A DNA stretch of 64,000 bases from an uncultured Gammaproteobacteria bacterium (GTDB lineage Bacteria; Patescibacteriota; Microgenomatia; UBA10105; UBA927), in contig CAYNJY010000004.1 in assembly GCA_964397755.1 (NCBI GenBank), positions 1,117-65,116 of the forward strand. Direction: 5' to 3'. The translations under genes were made by a program, and so were the position numbers. Shown piece by piece: positions 35,954 through 45,497 of the stretch (within the stretch, counting starts at the first letter, position 1; each line of letters opens with the position of its first letter). The notes beneath the pieces are model-generated. The model made no database searches and was not told the origin of the DNA. It saw only the letters and a list, made by a program, of their open reading frames with translations.

Positions 35954-36643
35954 ATGACAGACCCAGTCGCTCCCATAAAAGATTCTACGCAAATGTTTAC
36001 AGAAATTGAGGACGTGAAAGACGGCGTCATCCTTTTCATAGATGGTTCAGCTGCAATGATTGTGTCTGTCTCTGCGGTAAACTTTGGCCTGCTCTCAGAG
36101 AGAGAGCAGGACGCGATTATCTATGCATACGCCGGGTTTCTAAATTCCCTCTCGTTCCCAATCCAGATCCTTGTTCGCACCCAGCAGAAAGACGTCACGG
36201 CATACCTTCGCTCCCTTGAGGAGCAACAAGAACGGCAGAAAAATCCGAAGCTTGTGGGGAGTATCAAGGCGTACCGCGCTTTCATCGCAACAACCGTGAA
36301 GGAAAAAGACGTGCTTGATAAAAAATTCTACATCGTGATTCCTTTTTCTAACCTTGAACTCGGCGCTGCGCCGTCACTTCTCTTTGGCACGACGAAGAAA
36401 CGCGGCCTTCCCTACCCGAAACCGTATATCTGGGAAAAGGCAAAAACGGCTCTCTCTCCCAAGAGAGACCACGTCATTCGGATTCTCGCGCGCGTCGGGC
36501 TTCGCTCGACGGCTATGACGGACGAGCTCATCGTCCGACTCTTTTTTGGCATATACAACCCAGGGAGCCCAGCACCCGTCCTTCCTTTAGATACCATCCA
36601 GCCGCACAAGCTCGTGTCGGGCGCACCGACTATGCTGCCGTAG
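35954..36643 (+). CDS. VirB4-like ATPase, N-terminal segment separated by an in-frame TAG
   Basis: 229 aa. It is in the same frame as the downstream ATPase ORF, interrupted only by TAG 36641-36643 followed by 5 sense codons. Confidence 0.5.
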   Translation: MTDPVAPIKDSTQMFTEIEDVKDGVILFIDGSAAMIVSVSAVNFGLLSEREQDAIIYAYAGFLNSLSFPIQILVRTQQKDVTAYLRSLEEQQERQKNPKLVGSIKAYRAFIATTVKEKDVLDKKFYIVIPFSNLELGAAPSLLFGTTKKRGLPYPKPYIWEKAKTALSPKRDHVIRILARVGLRSTAMTDELIVRLFFGIYNPGSPAPVLPLDTIQPHKLVSGAPTMLP

Positions 36644-36658
36644 AAGAACGCCCTGCCT

Positions 36659-38557
36659 ATGAACCTTTCGTCAATGATTCAACAATTTCTCCGGCCCCCT
36701 GCCGCCGATCCTACGATACAAACGCCGCCCGGGCGACTCATGACACCGACTGATATTGTTGCACCGCCAGCAATTGAGGTGGACTTCGATCACCTTAAAA
36801 TCGGCGAGTGGCACTATCGAACCCTCTTTGTGGCGGGGTATCCTCGATTTGTCAGCTCAAATTGGCTTGAACCACTCATCTCCTTTGGTCATACGCTCGA
36901 TATTTCAATGTTTATCTACCCTGCTCGCTCAGGGGAAATCCTCGACAACCTCAAGCGGAAAGTCGGCGAGATGGAAGCGACAATTCAGTCTGATCTCAAA
37001 CGCGGCAAAACCATAGAACCGTCGGTTCAAATTGCACTCGAGGACGCCCTCACACTGCAACAGGACCTCGCCAAAGGAGCGCAGCGCTTCTTTCAATTCG
37101 GCCTCTACATTACCATCCCAGCAAAAACAAAAGAAGATCTCGACAAGACAACGAAGCAGATAGAGGCTACTCTCGGATCCCTCCTTGTCGTAAGCAAGAA
37201 AGCGACGCTACAAATGGAAGAAGGCTTCAAAACGACGCTTCCGATTGGAAAAGACCGGCTCCTCGTGACGCGGAATATGGATACGACCTCCCTTGCGGCC
37301 ACCTTCCCTTTCACGACCTCAGAGCTCTCCGCCAACGAGGGCATCCTTTACGGCATTAACACCGGCAACGACAGCCTCATTGTGTTTGACCGCTTCTCTT
37401 TGGAAAACGCCAACGCGGTCGTCTTCGGCAAATCGGGCTCGGGAAAATCGTACCTGATCAAGCTGGAAATTATGCGCAGCCTCATGTTTGATACCGACGT
37501 CATTGTGATCGACCCTGAAAATGAGTATGAAGCGCTGACCTACGCCCTTGGCGGCGAGTATGTTCGCTTTCATTTCGGGGCGGCCACAAAAATCAACCCG
37601 TTTGATCTCGCCATTCTGACAGGAAAAACGCGAGACGACGAAAACGAGCTCAACCAAAAAATACTCTCTCTCCACGGCTTCTTTCGCGTTGTCATGGGCG
37701 CGCTTACCCCGACAGAGGACGCTCTCCTCGATCGCGCACTCGTGCTTTCATATAAACAGAAAGGGATGACCCCTGATCCTACGACGCAAAAGGCTGAGCC
37801 GCCCCTCATGGAAGATCTCTACAAGGTGCTCGTCGGCATGGAAGATCCCGTCGCACGATCTCTCGCAGACCGGATCGAAAAGTTTGTCAAAGGAAGCTTG
37901 GTTGGCATTTTTGACGAGCAGACAAACATAGAGATACGAAATCAGCTCACTGTTTTCTCTATTCGGGATCTTGAAAATGAGCTCCGCCCCATTGCGATGC
38001 ACCTAATACTCGATTTTATATCGAACAAAATTCGGCGTGACACCAAAACGCGGCTCCTTGTCGTTGACGAGGCGTGGTACCTCATGAAATTTCCAGACTC
38101 TGCACAGTTTCTGAACTCAATCGCAAAGCGAGCGAGAAAATATTTCCTGGGCCTGACAACCATTACACAGGATGTCGAGGATTTTCTCGCGGTCGATCTT
38201 GGAAAAACGATTATTCAAAACAGCAGTCTTCAAATTCTCCTCAAACAGTCGCCTGCGGCAATCGACACGGTCGCAAATCTTTTCTACCTGTCAGAGGGAG
38301 AGAAAAGGCTCCTCTTGTCTGCGGGCGTCGGCCAGGGCCTCTTTTTTGCCGGTCCAGCCCACGCATCGATGCGCGTCGTTGCAAGCCCGGAGGAACACGC
38401 GCTGGCTACCACCCATCCGAAAGACATCTATGAGAATGCGGGGCCGGGAGGAAGGGATATCCCCCATCTCCCAGAGCAACGCCCAGGCGTATCTACCAAT
38501 CGGCCGGTATTCACTGTTGAGCCAGTGCAGAAAGAGACCCCCTCGTCCGATGTGTAA
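36659..38557 (+). CDS. VirB4/TrbE-like T4SS ATPase (C-terminal segment with Walker motifs)
   Basis: Walker A VVFGKSGSGKSY, Walker B RLLVVDEAWYLM. Together with the upstream segment the length is about 860 aa, typical for VirB4. Confidence 0.75.
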   Translation: MNLSSMIQQFLRPPAADPTIQTPPGRLMTPTDIVAPPAIEVDFDHLKIGEWHYRTLFVAGYPRFVSSNWLEPLISFGHTLDISMFIYPARSGEILDNLKRKVGEMEATIQSDLKRGKTIEPSVQIALEDALTLQQDLAKGAQRFFQFGLYITIPAKTKEDLDKTTKQIEATLGSLLVVSKKATLQMEEGFKTTLPIGKDRLLVTRNMDTTSLAATFPFTTSELSANEGILYGINTGNDSLIVFDRFSLENANAVVFGKSGSGKSYLIKLEIMRSLMFDTDVIVIDPENEYEALTYALGGEYVRFHFGAATKINPFDLAILTGKTRDDENELNQKILSLHGFFRVVMGALTPTEDALLDRALVLSYKQKGMTPDPTTQKAEPPLMEDLYKVLVGMEDPVARSLADRIEKFVKGSLVGIFDEQTNIEIRNQLTVFSIRDLENELRPIAMHLILDFISNKIRRDTKTRLLVVDEAWYLMKFPDSAQFLNSIAKRARKYFLGLTTITQDVEDFLAVDLGKTIIQNSSLQILLKQSPAAIDTVANLFYLSEGEKRLLLSAGVGQGLFFAGPAHASMRVVASPEEHALATTHPKDIYENAGPGGRDIPHLPEQRPGVSTNRPVFTVEPVQKETPSSDV

Positions 38558-38576
38558 TTTGTCACGCTAAACACGT

Positions 38577-40805
38577 ATGGAAGCGGAATCACTGCTCCTT
38601 CTTGATTTTCTTGAACGCATAGTCCAAGAGCTAGCGAAGGAGAAGGGCGTCCCGGTAAGCGCAGCCCGGGCATATATCGAGAGCCAACAGTACCCGTTTC
38701 TCCGTCAGTTTCTGTCCGCGAGAAAGGAGGGGCTGATCCAGTCATTTCTCGCGGGGGACCGCGCGTTTACCAATGCGCTTCTTCGGCTTCTCCGCGAGGC
38801 GCGCATGAGCGTCCGTGAGCAACTAACGGCATTCCAAAAAGAAAAACCAGATACGCCACTTTCACCCCAAGAGGTCGTCCAGAGGGCCCTCTACTGGCAG
38901 GAGGCTCAGAAAACTATCGCCCACGCGCAAGAAAACTACCTTCTCGCTGCGCGCGGAAAGCGTAGGCAGCGCGTTCACGATCTTATAGCCCGATGGGTGT
39001 CCGAACAAAAAAACGAAACCCTCTCATCTTCCCTCCCCGACCTTATTCGTCAAGCAGACAGCGCGCTCGGGAAGCAGAATCAATACGGCGATGTTCTCTA
39101 CACGGTAAGCTCGCTCCTTCGCGCGCGTAAAGAAACGCAACCGTTCTTTGAGAAAAATCCAGATCTTTTAAGAGATATCGCCCTCCGGGTTCCTCCGCCT
39201 CGTGAAGAAACCCAGCTTGCCAAATCAGCCTCTATGCTTCAGCTGTCTCTTGGTGCGGCTCTTGTTTCCTCTCCGCTCCTCACCAGGGCGGATTACCTTG
39301 CCGGGCTTCTAGTCCAAGGCGTCGACGTCAGTCGGACTCTCTCCATTGTGAGAGTTCTCGAAGCGCTCGACTCTCCGTTACCGCTTGATGAGCTCCTCTC
39401 CTGCGGCCGCGTGTTTCGGTCTCTCTCAAAAAGCCCAATCCAGAAAACCTTTGCGCCACTTGCTGATTCTGTTTTCCTCCGACTGCCGAGAGGGACCAGG
39501 CGCGCTATCCTCGAGAAGGTGGTTGGTCGGTCGCTTGAACACGCGCTCGATTACCTTCAGCGATCGCTCGGCGCTGCCATTATCAACACCCCGGCATACC
39601 AGTCGCTTCTTGTCACACAAAACACTCTCTTGGGCGGCCCTCCTCTCTCGCTTGCCCTGTCCGGATTCTCCAAGTTTACGGGTGACATTTTTACGACAAT
39701 CTTTCGTGGACCAAACGAGGCTGCCATTCTGTATTTTGAGGCGTCTCGAAGATCTATCGGTCAAGGAAGTCCGCTGGGCCTCTCGCCTCTTCTCTCCGGC
39801 TCCCTTGCACTCTCTTTCCCAACCCTCTATAAAACGTACTTCGATCCTGTATCTGGTCGGTGGGCAGTCGGAACGCAATCGTCTCTTCGGAGGATCGCTG
39901 CTTTTGGCTCGGGCGCAGCTTCGCGCGCAGGGCGTGGCTTGTTCGGTTTCGCATCCCGCATCCTCGGCACAGGGCTCCTTGCGATCGGCGCACTCCTCCA
40001 AGCTGGGTTTGGCGGTCTCATTAGCGCTCTCTCCGGGGGCAAAGTCTCACTCTCTCTTCGTCAAGCCATTCACGGAATTTTTCCTCCAACAAAGCTTACA
40101 GATGACCTTCCGAAGCTTATCTCGGTATCAACGACGATCGCCATAGTCCTTCTTTTTGTCCTCCCGACATTTTTTAACCCCTCGTTTACTTCCTGGCTCA
40201 GCAAAACGAGCGCACTCCTGGTGAGTCTTGCGAGCCCAGAGGCACAGGGGGGGCCAGTCCCAAAATACCCCCAGGCACCCTGTGTTCCAACGAGCCAGGG
40301 ATTGTGCAGGTGGCCAACCGCTGGATGCATCTCTCAGGGACCATACAGCCCGTGGCCAGGATCCCATAGAGGAGGAGCTGCCAACGCGATCGACATCTCG
40401 GCCTCAAGCGGAACGACGGTCACCTCAACAATACAAGGGCGCGTCGAGGCGGTCTATGCTCGGTGTTTTGATAACTCAGGATACCGAGGGAACACCTGTG
40501 GCGGCGGCTACGGCAACTATGTTGTCGTCATATCGAGCGATGGAACTATCCGACTCCTCTACGGTCACCTCTCGCGCCGAGGACTCCCGAGGCCCGGTGC
40601 GCTCGTCTCTCTCGGAGCCCCCCTTGGAAACGTTGATCAAACTGGCAATTCGAGCGGGCCACACCTTCACTACCAACTCGACAGCGCACAACACATAAAC
40701 AGCAGGCTCCCGTTCCCGGTTCCCTCTTGTATCGGAAAGGCCCTTTGTGATGCAGCCATCCGTCTCCAATCGAAAGGAAAATACACATGCAACGTAAAAC
40801 CATAG
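38577..40805 (+). CDS. transmembrane M23-family peptidoglycan endopeptidase with large N-terminal cytoplasmic domain
   Basis: 742 aa. About 480 aa N-terminal domain of unknown function, two TM helices, then an M23 domain (GSHRGGAANAIDIS ... GNSSGPHLHYQLD). Confidence 0.7.
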   Translation: MEAESLLLLDFLERIVQELAKEKGVPVSAARAYIESQQYPFLRQFLSARKEGLIQSFLAGDRAFTNALLRLLREARMSVREQLTAFQKEKPDTPLSPQEVVQRALYWQEAQKTIAHAQENYLLAARGKRRQRVHDLIARWVSEQKNETLSSSLPDLIRQADSALGKQNQYGDVLYTVSSLLRARKETQPFFEKNPDLLRDIALRVPPPREETQLAKSASMLQLSLGAALVSSPLLTRADYLAGLLVQGVDVSRTLSIVRVLEALDSPLPLDELLSCGRVFRSLSKSPIQKTFAPLADSVFLRLPRGTRRAILEKVVGRSLEHALDYLQRSLGAAIINTPAYQSLLVTQNTLLGGPPLSLALSGFSKFTGDIFTTIFRGPNEAAILYFEASRRSIGQGSPLGLSPLLSGSLALSFPTLYKTYFDPVSGRWAVGTQSSLRRIAAFGSGAASRAGRGLFGFASRILGTGLLAIGALLQAGFGGLISALSGGKVSLSLRQAIHGIFPPTKLTDDLPKLISVSTTIAIVLLFVLPTFFNPSFTSWLSKTSALLVSLASPEAQGGPVPKYPQAPCVPTSQGLCRWPTAGCISQGPYSPWPGSHRGGAANAIDISASSGTTVTSTIQGRVEAVYARCFDNSGYRGNTCGGGYGNYVVVISSDGTIRLLYGHLSRRGLPRPGALVSLGAPLGNVDQTGNSSGPHLHYQLDSAQHINSRLPFPVPSCIGKALCDAAIRLQSKGKYTCNVKP

Positions 40806-41737
40806 TACTATTTCTCTTTCTCATCGTCCTCGTCTCGGCGATTGTCGGTGAGTACCTTTCTCGAAAAACAGTAGGCACGAAGCCGCCATCTCAGGAGGAA
40901 CAACGCTCTCTTCCTCGGCCTGTATCGACGGAAGATTTCGTGCCGACAGCGCCTCGCGACGTTACCTTCTCTCCCCTTCCTCAACCACAACAGCCCCCAC
41001 GGGAATACACGACCTTTCACGCCTCCTTCTCTTATAGTCCTGTCGCGCTTACGGAAAGGCTCGCGTCGGACATGGGCCTTGCGCTAACCCAAGCTCAAGA
41101 CGAGGGGGGCCTCAGATTCAGGCAGTGGGAGTCAACTCCCACCTCTCTCTCGCTCATGATCGATGGTGGAATCGCTTCTCTTTCGCTGCAGAACGAGGCA
41201 ACGGGTGCAGGGGCCACGTCAGTAAGCGTCGAGCAGGCGTTCCAATACTTCCTCGTTCGATTTCTCCCTCCAGTTGCTCACGTGCCCAAGGCACTCATAA
41301 AAAGGGAGGAAACCCCGGAGGGCTTTCTTTTCCTTGCCTACCAGTTTCTTATCCGGGACGCGCCGATGCTTCTTGCCAACTATGATCCCGTGTCGCTCGC
41401 GGTCCAGCTAGACGGGAGCGGAGCCGTGCGATCGCTCTCTCTTGTTTTTCCTCCGGACCAAACGGTAGCACAGGAGCAAAGGCTGTCTCTGACGCCCCAA
41501 GAGATCGAAGGTGGCCTCAACGACAATCGCGGGCTCCTCATCTACTCGCTTGATTCGGAAGATAACCCGTACGGATCAACGCCCGTCTTCAACCATGTCT
41601 CGGTGCGGGGAACGACACTCGCCTACCTCCTTAATCCCGACGCAAAGCTCCTTCTTCCTGTTTACCTCATCGATGGTGTTGGCGAATCTGAAGAAAAATT
41701 ACAAGTCGTCCGCTACCTTATCCGGGCAACACACTAG
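40787..41737 (+). CDS. hypothetical membrane-anchored protein (last gene of the T4SS-like operon)
   Basis: 316 aa. N-terminal TM helix (IVLFLFLIVLVSAIVG), then an extracytoplasmic domain. It overlaps the upstream gene by 19 nt. Confidence 0.45.
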   Translation: MQRKTIVLFLFLIVLVSAIVGEYLSRKTVGTKPPSQEEQRSLPRPVSTEDFVPTAPRDVTFSPLPQPQQPPREYTTFHASFSYSPVALTERLASDMGLALTQAQDEGGLRFRQWESTPTSLSLMIDGGIASLSLQNEATGAGATSVSVEQAFQYFLVRFLPPVAHVPKALIKREETPEGFLFLAYQFLIRDAPMLLANYDPVSLAVQLDGSGAVRSLSLVFPPDQTVAQEQRLSLTPQEIEGGLNDNRGLLIYSLDSEDNPYGSTPVFNHVSVRGTTLAYLLNPDAKLLLPVYLIDGVGESEEKLQVVRYLIRATH

Positions 41738-41851
41738 GGCCTTTTAAAAACTTCCTCCACAAGGCCAAAAGCTTTGCGGGTGAGGTGGGTAGGGGCAAAG
41801 CCCAAAGCCCCTAGGGGAAGGGCCGCGAGAGCAAGGGGGCTACGGTGATTT

Positions 41852-42958
41852 CTATGTTTGGACGCGAACAGGCATGATTATGTGGAGAAAAGAGGCGTCT
41901 TTCACTGGTTTAAAAACACCCGGGTTCAGCGACCCAGTCATCTCAAAAAGAAATTCCTCGTCTGAAAAATTCGCAAGAAAATCAAGAAGAAACCTGCTGT
42001 TAAATGCAATCTCCCCTCCTTCTCCATCAATCTTTGCAGACATCGTCGCGCTCCCCCCTCCAACGAGGGGCGCGTTTGCGCTGACCGTAAGCTTCTGTCC
42101 CTCAAGCGCGAGGCGGACAATGTTTGCGTTGTCGCGGGCAAACACCGAAGCAGACCTGGTTGCCCTTGTAAACGACTCCCTGTCCAAAAGGGCGCGCGTC
42201 GTAAAGCTCTTTGGAATAATTTTTTCGTACTTTGGAAACTCGCCGTCGAGAAGCCTCGTGGTAAGACGTGTGTCCCCTATCGTAAATTCAAGCTGGTTGT
42301 CTTTTGCAAATACGGCGTGGGCTTCTTTTTCTTCTTTCTCTTCCTGAGCAACGCGGATGAGCTCTTGAAGAGCGCGGGCTGGAATCACCATGTCGGGAAT
42401 GGTTTTCGTGGAAACTTCAACCCGTCCGACAGAGAGCCTGTACCCGTCAGTTGCAGCAAGAATAAGGGCGTCTTTTTCCCCGTGCAGCTTGGCACCGGTT
42501 AGTATTGGTCTCCCCTCGTCTGTTGCCGCAGCGAACGCCACTCGTGAAAGCGCTCCCACAAAGACGTCTTTATCGAGCGTGATTTCTGTTCCTCTGCCTG
42601 CCGGGGGAACTGGTGGGAACTCTGTTGCTGGAAGTGTTGGGAAAGCAGCAGTAAACCCTTCGCATTCAAGCCGAAACTCCTCTTTTATCAACGACACGTG
42701 CACGGTTCCGGCTGGAAGAGACGACACAAATTCACTGAGCGTCTTTGCCGGAACACACACGTCCCCTTCTTTTTCTACTTTCGCCCCTATCCACGTAGAT
42801 TCTGTCGTTTCTAGGTTTGTTGCGGTTATGTAAACACCGTCTTTCGTTGCCTGAAGGAGAAAGTTTTGAACGACCGGAAGCTGGGGGCGGGAGGGGATTG
42901 TCCTCCCTGTTCTTGTTATTGCCCGAAGGAAATTTTCTTGTAAGAGAGAGGCTTTCAT
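41852..42958 (-). CDS. dnaN: DNA polymerase III beta sliding clamp
   Basis: 368 aa with three-domain clamp architecture. It is immediately downstream of dnaA. Confidence 0.9.
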   Translation of the reverse strand: MKASLLQENFLRAITRTGRTIPSRPQLPVVQNFLLQATKDGVYITATNLETTESTWIGAKVEKEGDVCVPAKTLSEFVSSLPAGTVHVSLIKEEFRLECEGFTAAFPTLPATEFPPVPPAGRGTEITLDKDVFVGALSRVAFAAATDEGRPILTGAKLHGEKDALILAATDGYRLSVGRVEVSTKTIPDMVIPARALQELIRVAQEEKEEKEAHAVFAKDNQLEFTIGDTRLTTRLLDGEFPKYEKIIPKSFTTRALLDRESFTRATRSASVFARDNANIVRLALEGQKLTVSANAPLVGGGSATMSAKIDGEGGEIAFNSRFLLDFLANFSDEEFLFEMTGSLNPGVFKPVKDASFLHIIMPVRVQT

Positions 42959-43135
42959 GTGTATATACCTAGTTGTAGTAGAAGAGGCCAGCGTGGAGAA
43001 GTGTATTGCTTTTTGTTCCGGGTGTCAACGGCGGAGGTTTTGAGGTTTTTAGAGAGGGGAAAAAGGTGGGTTTTTATGTGGAAAAGGATGTGGATAAAAA
43101 GGAAAAAATTGTGGAAAAGTGGATAACCCCAGTTT
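42959..43135. promoter_or_regulatory. DnaA-box cluster in the dnaA-dnaN intergenic region (origin element)
   Basis: Perfect box TGTGGATAA at 43089-43097, near-perfect GTGGATAAC at 43119-43127, TTATGTCCACA at about 43133-43143. AT-rich flanks. Confidence 0.55.
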
Positions 43136-44503
43136 TTATGTCCACAGCTGTTGTTTTATCCCCTCAACGGCGTTCCTGAGGTTTTCGTTTGTTGCTAATT
43201 CTGCAGTAATTGTTTCAACGCCGTGCATAATGGTCGTGTGGTCTCTCCCCCCGAGAAGCCCCCCGATATCATCGAGGGTCATCCCGAGCTCGGTTTTACA
43301 AAGATACATAAACACCTGTCGCGGCCGGGCAATGGGCCGGTCTCTCTTTGGTCCCTTCATGGTTGTTGTTTTAAGACCAAAAACACTTGCAACGGCGGTT
43401 AAAACCTCGTGGGCATCAACGCGGCGCGCCCTGTTGGCTGGATCACGTACCGCCACCCCTTTTGTGTTGAGCAGGATGGACACAAGGTGCTCGTCAATGT
43501 TTTGGCCTCGCGCCGCTGATTCGGTGCTGAGTCGGCGCAGAAAGCCCTCAATCGCGCGCGTGTCAGTAATGTTTGCTGCGATGAGCCGTGCGGCGCCTGG
43601 GGGGACAGAGAGGCCGAGTGCTTTTGATTTGATGTTAATAATTGCAGCGCGTAGCTCAAAATCCGGGGGGGAAATGTCGGCGGCTAAGCCTCCTTCAAAG
43701 CGAGAGCGCAGGCGATCTTCAAGCTTGCTTATTTCTGACGGCGAGCGATCAGATGTGAGAATAATTTGGCCTCCTTCACGGAGAACAGCGTTAAACGTGT
43801 GAAAAAACTCTTCCTGGGCGGTTTGCTTACCGGCGATGAATTGAACGTCGTCAACCATGAGCAGCCGCGCGCTTCGATATTTCTGTTTAAACAGGCGTGC
43901 AGATTTTGTTTGAATTGCCTCAATAATCTCGTTTAAAAATTCCTCTCCCATACAGTAGACGATCCGGGTAGACTGCCGTTTTTCGAGAAGCGCATTTGCA
44001 ACCGCCTGCATGAGGTGTGTTTTTCCCACACCAACGCCCCCGTAGAGAAACAGCGGGTTGTAAGCGGTACCCGGGCTTTTTGCTACGGCTGTAGCAGCAG
44101 CGTACGCGAGTTGGTTGGTTGTGGAGACGGCAAAATTGTCAAACGTGAGGTTTTCCTGTAAGTGGAGCCGGCGAGCGGCCGAGGATATCTCCTCTTGAGG
44201 AGAGCGGATGGCCGTTTCAAAAAGGGGACCAGGAGGTTTTTGGGAAGCGTCGTCTTTTTTTGGAGAGACGATAAAAAGCAAGCTTGTATTTTGTTTCGTT
44301 CGGGCATCAAGAAGGGTCTTAACGAGGCCGTAGTAGCGAGTTTCAACAAGCGTTCGCATGAGAGGGCTTGTACAACCAATGGTCGCCACACGAGACGCAA
44401 GCGAGATAAGTCTTGTGTGGGCAAAGTGGGTTTGATAGGTGGGTTTGGTTACCGACAGCTCAATTTCTGCCAAAACCGCTTTCCATAATTGGTGCAGGTC
44501 CAT
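43136..44503 (-). CDS. dnaA: chromosomal replication initiator protein
   Basis: Start at ATG 44503 (MDLHQLWKAVL...). AAA+ Walker A GGVGVGKTHL, a C-terminal DNA-binding domain and the DnaA signature. Confidence 0.9.
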   Translation of the reverse strand: MDLHQLWKAVLAEIELSVTKPTYQTHFAHTRLISLASRVATIGCTSPLMRTLVETRYYGLVKTLLDARTKQNTSLLFIVSPKKDDASQKPPGPLFETAIRSPQEEISSAARRLHLQENLTFDNFAVSTTNQLAYAAATAVAKSPGTAYNPLFLYGGVGVGKTHLMQAVANALLEKRQSTRIVYCMGEEFLNEIIEAIQTKSARLFKQKYRSARLLMVDDVQFIAGKQTAQEEFFHTFNAVLREGGQIILTSDRSPSEISKLEDRLRSRFEGGLAADISPPDFELRAAIINIKSKALGLSVPPGAARLIAANITDTRAIEGFLRRLSTESAARGQNIDEHLVSILLNTKGVAVRDPANRARRVDAHEVLTAVASVFGLKTTTMKGPKRDRPIARPRQVFMYLCKTELGMTLDDIGGLLGGRDHTTIMHGVETITAELATNENLRNAVEGIKQQLWT

Positions 44504-44738
44504 AGGTAAACTAGTAAGGCAGGGAGTTGGGGTGGGGATAAACCGTCCACATAGTAGATAAGATATCCACACCTGTCAAGGGGCGACCGACCAGCAGGAG
44601 ATACTTCATCACCCCCATATACATCTTTTTCATATGGCTTCTTTTTGGCGTGTTTGCTGTTGTCCATAATTGTATTGGCCTATTTTATCCTTGTCAGTTT
44701 TGATACGGCTTGAGAAGGGAGTATAGTCCCCCCGCTCT
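44504..44738. promoter_or_regulatory. candidate oriC segment upstream of dnaA (DnaA boxes plus AT-rich stretch)
   Basis: ATATCCACA at about 44563-44571, the reverse complement of GGGGATAAA, TTGTCCATA, and an AT-rich segment ttttcatatggcttctttttgg. Confidence 0.5.
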
Positions 44739-45374
44739 ATGGTAAAAGCGATTATTTTTGACCTTGACGGCGTCATTGTTTTATCTGATCAGGGGCAATT
44801 TACGGTGCTCCAACGGGTATTTCGTCAGAAAGGATTACCTCTTCCAAAAAGCAAGTTCCCCCAGCTCATCGGCCGCACAACACACAAATTTTTGGAGAAA
44901 CTCAAGCCGCGACCCACAAAGCCGCTCGTTGAGGAAATTTATGAATCATACACCAAGGAATTTAAGGGACATCTTTTGAAATACATTAAACCCGTACCTC
45001 CTACAATTAAATTCATAGCTGGTTACAAAGGAGCACCGAAGGTAGCACCTGCCTCCATGAGTTTGATGAAAACGATTGCGGAAGTAACTCGCCATCTCAA
45101 AATTTTTAAAAAATTCGACCGTATTGTTTCTCGTGATGAGATCACCAAGCACAAACCAGATCCGGAAATTTATCTTCGTACGGCGAAAAAATTGGGGGTG
45201 AAACCGAGCGAACGTGCGGTGGTTGAGGATTCAGTGGTTGGGGTCCAAGCTGCTCGCCGAGCTAGCATGCAGTGCTACGTATTCTTAAATGGCATAAATA
45301 AGCGTTCACAATTTTCCCGGTTGAAGGTGAGCGGGTTTATTCGAACGCTCTCCGATTACAAACGAATTCTATAA
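44739..45374 (+). CDS. HAD-superfamily hydrolase (beta-phosphoglucomutase-like)
   Basis: FDLDGV motif I at the N-terminus, and motif IV EDSVVGVQAA. Confidence 0.7.
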   Translation: MVKAIIFDLDGVIVLSDQGQFTVLQRVFRQKGLPLPKSKFPQLIGRTTHKFLEKLKPRPTKPLVEEIYESYTKEFKGHLLKYIKPVPPTIKFIAGYKGAPKVAPASMSLMKTIAEVTRHLKIFKKFDRIVSRDEITKHKPDPEIYLRTAKKLGVKPSERAVVEDSVVGVQAARRASMQCYVFLNGINKRSQFSRLKVSGFIRTLSDYKRIL

Positions 45375-45497
45375 CTTTTTCCGTCTTGGCCTGACGGGCT
45401 GTGGTTTATTGAGTTTCTTAAGCGGCTTGCTGAAAAGTTTGGTATTTTTCAACCCCTGCTTTGCTGCCGAGCGCGACAGGCGCCCGCTCGTCATCTT

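Noticed and set aside
39385-40146. 253-aa plus-strand ORF (frame 1) inside the M23 hydrolase gene, and several minus-strand ORFs in 39426-40878
   Set aside because: They are alternative-frame readings of a GC-rich gene. The frame-3 product carries the TM helices and the M23 motifs and is the real gene.
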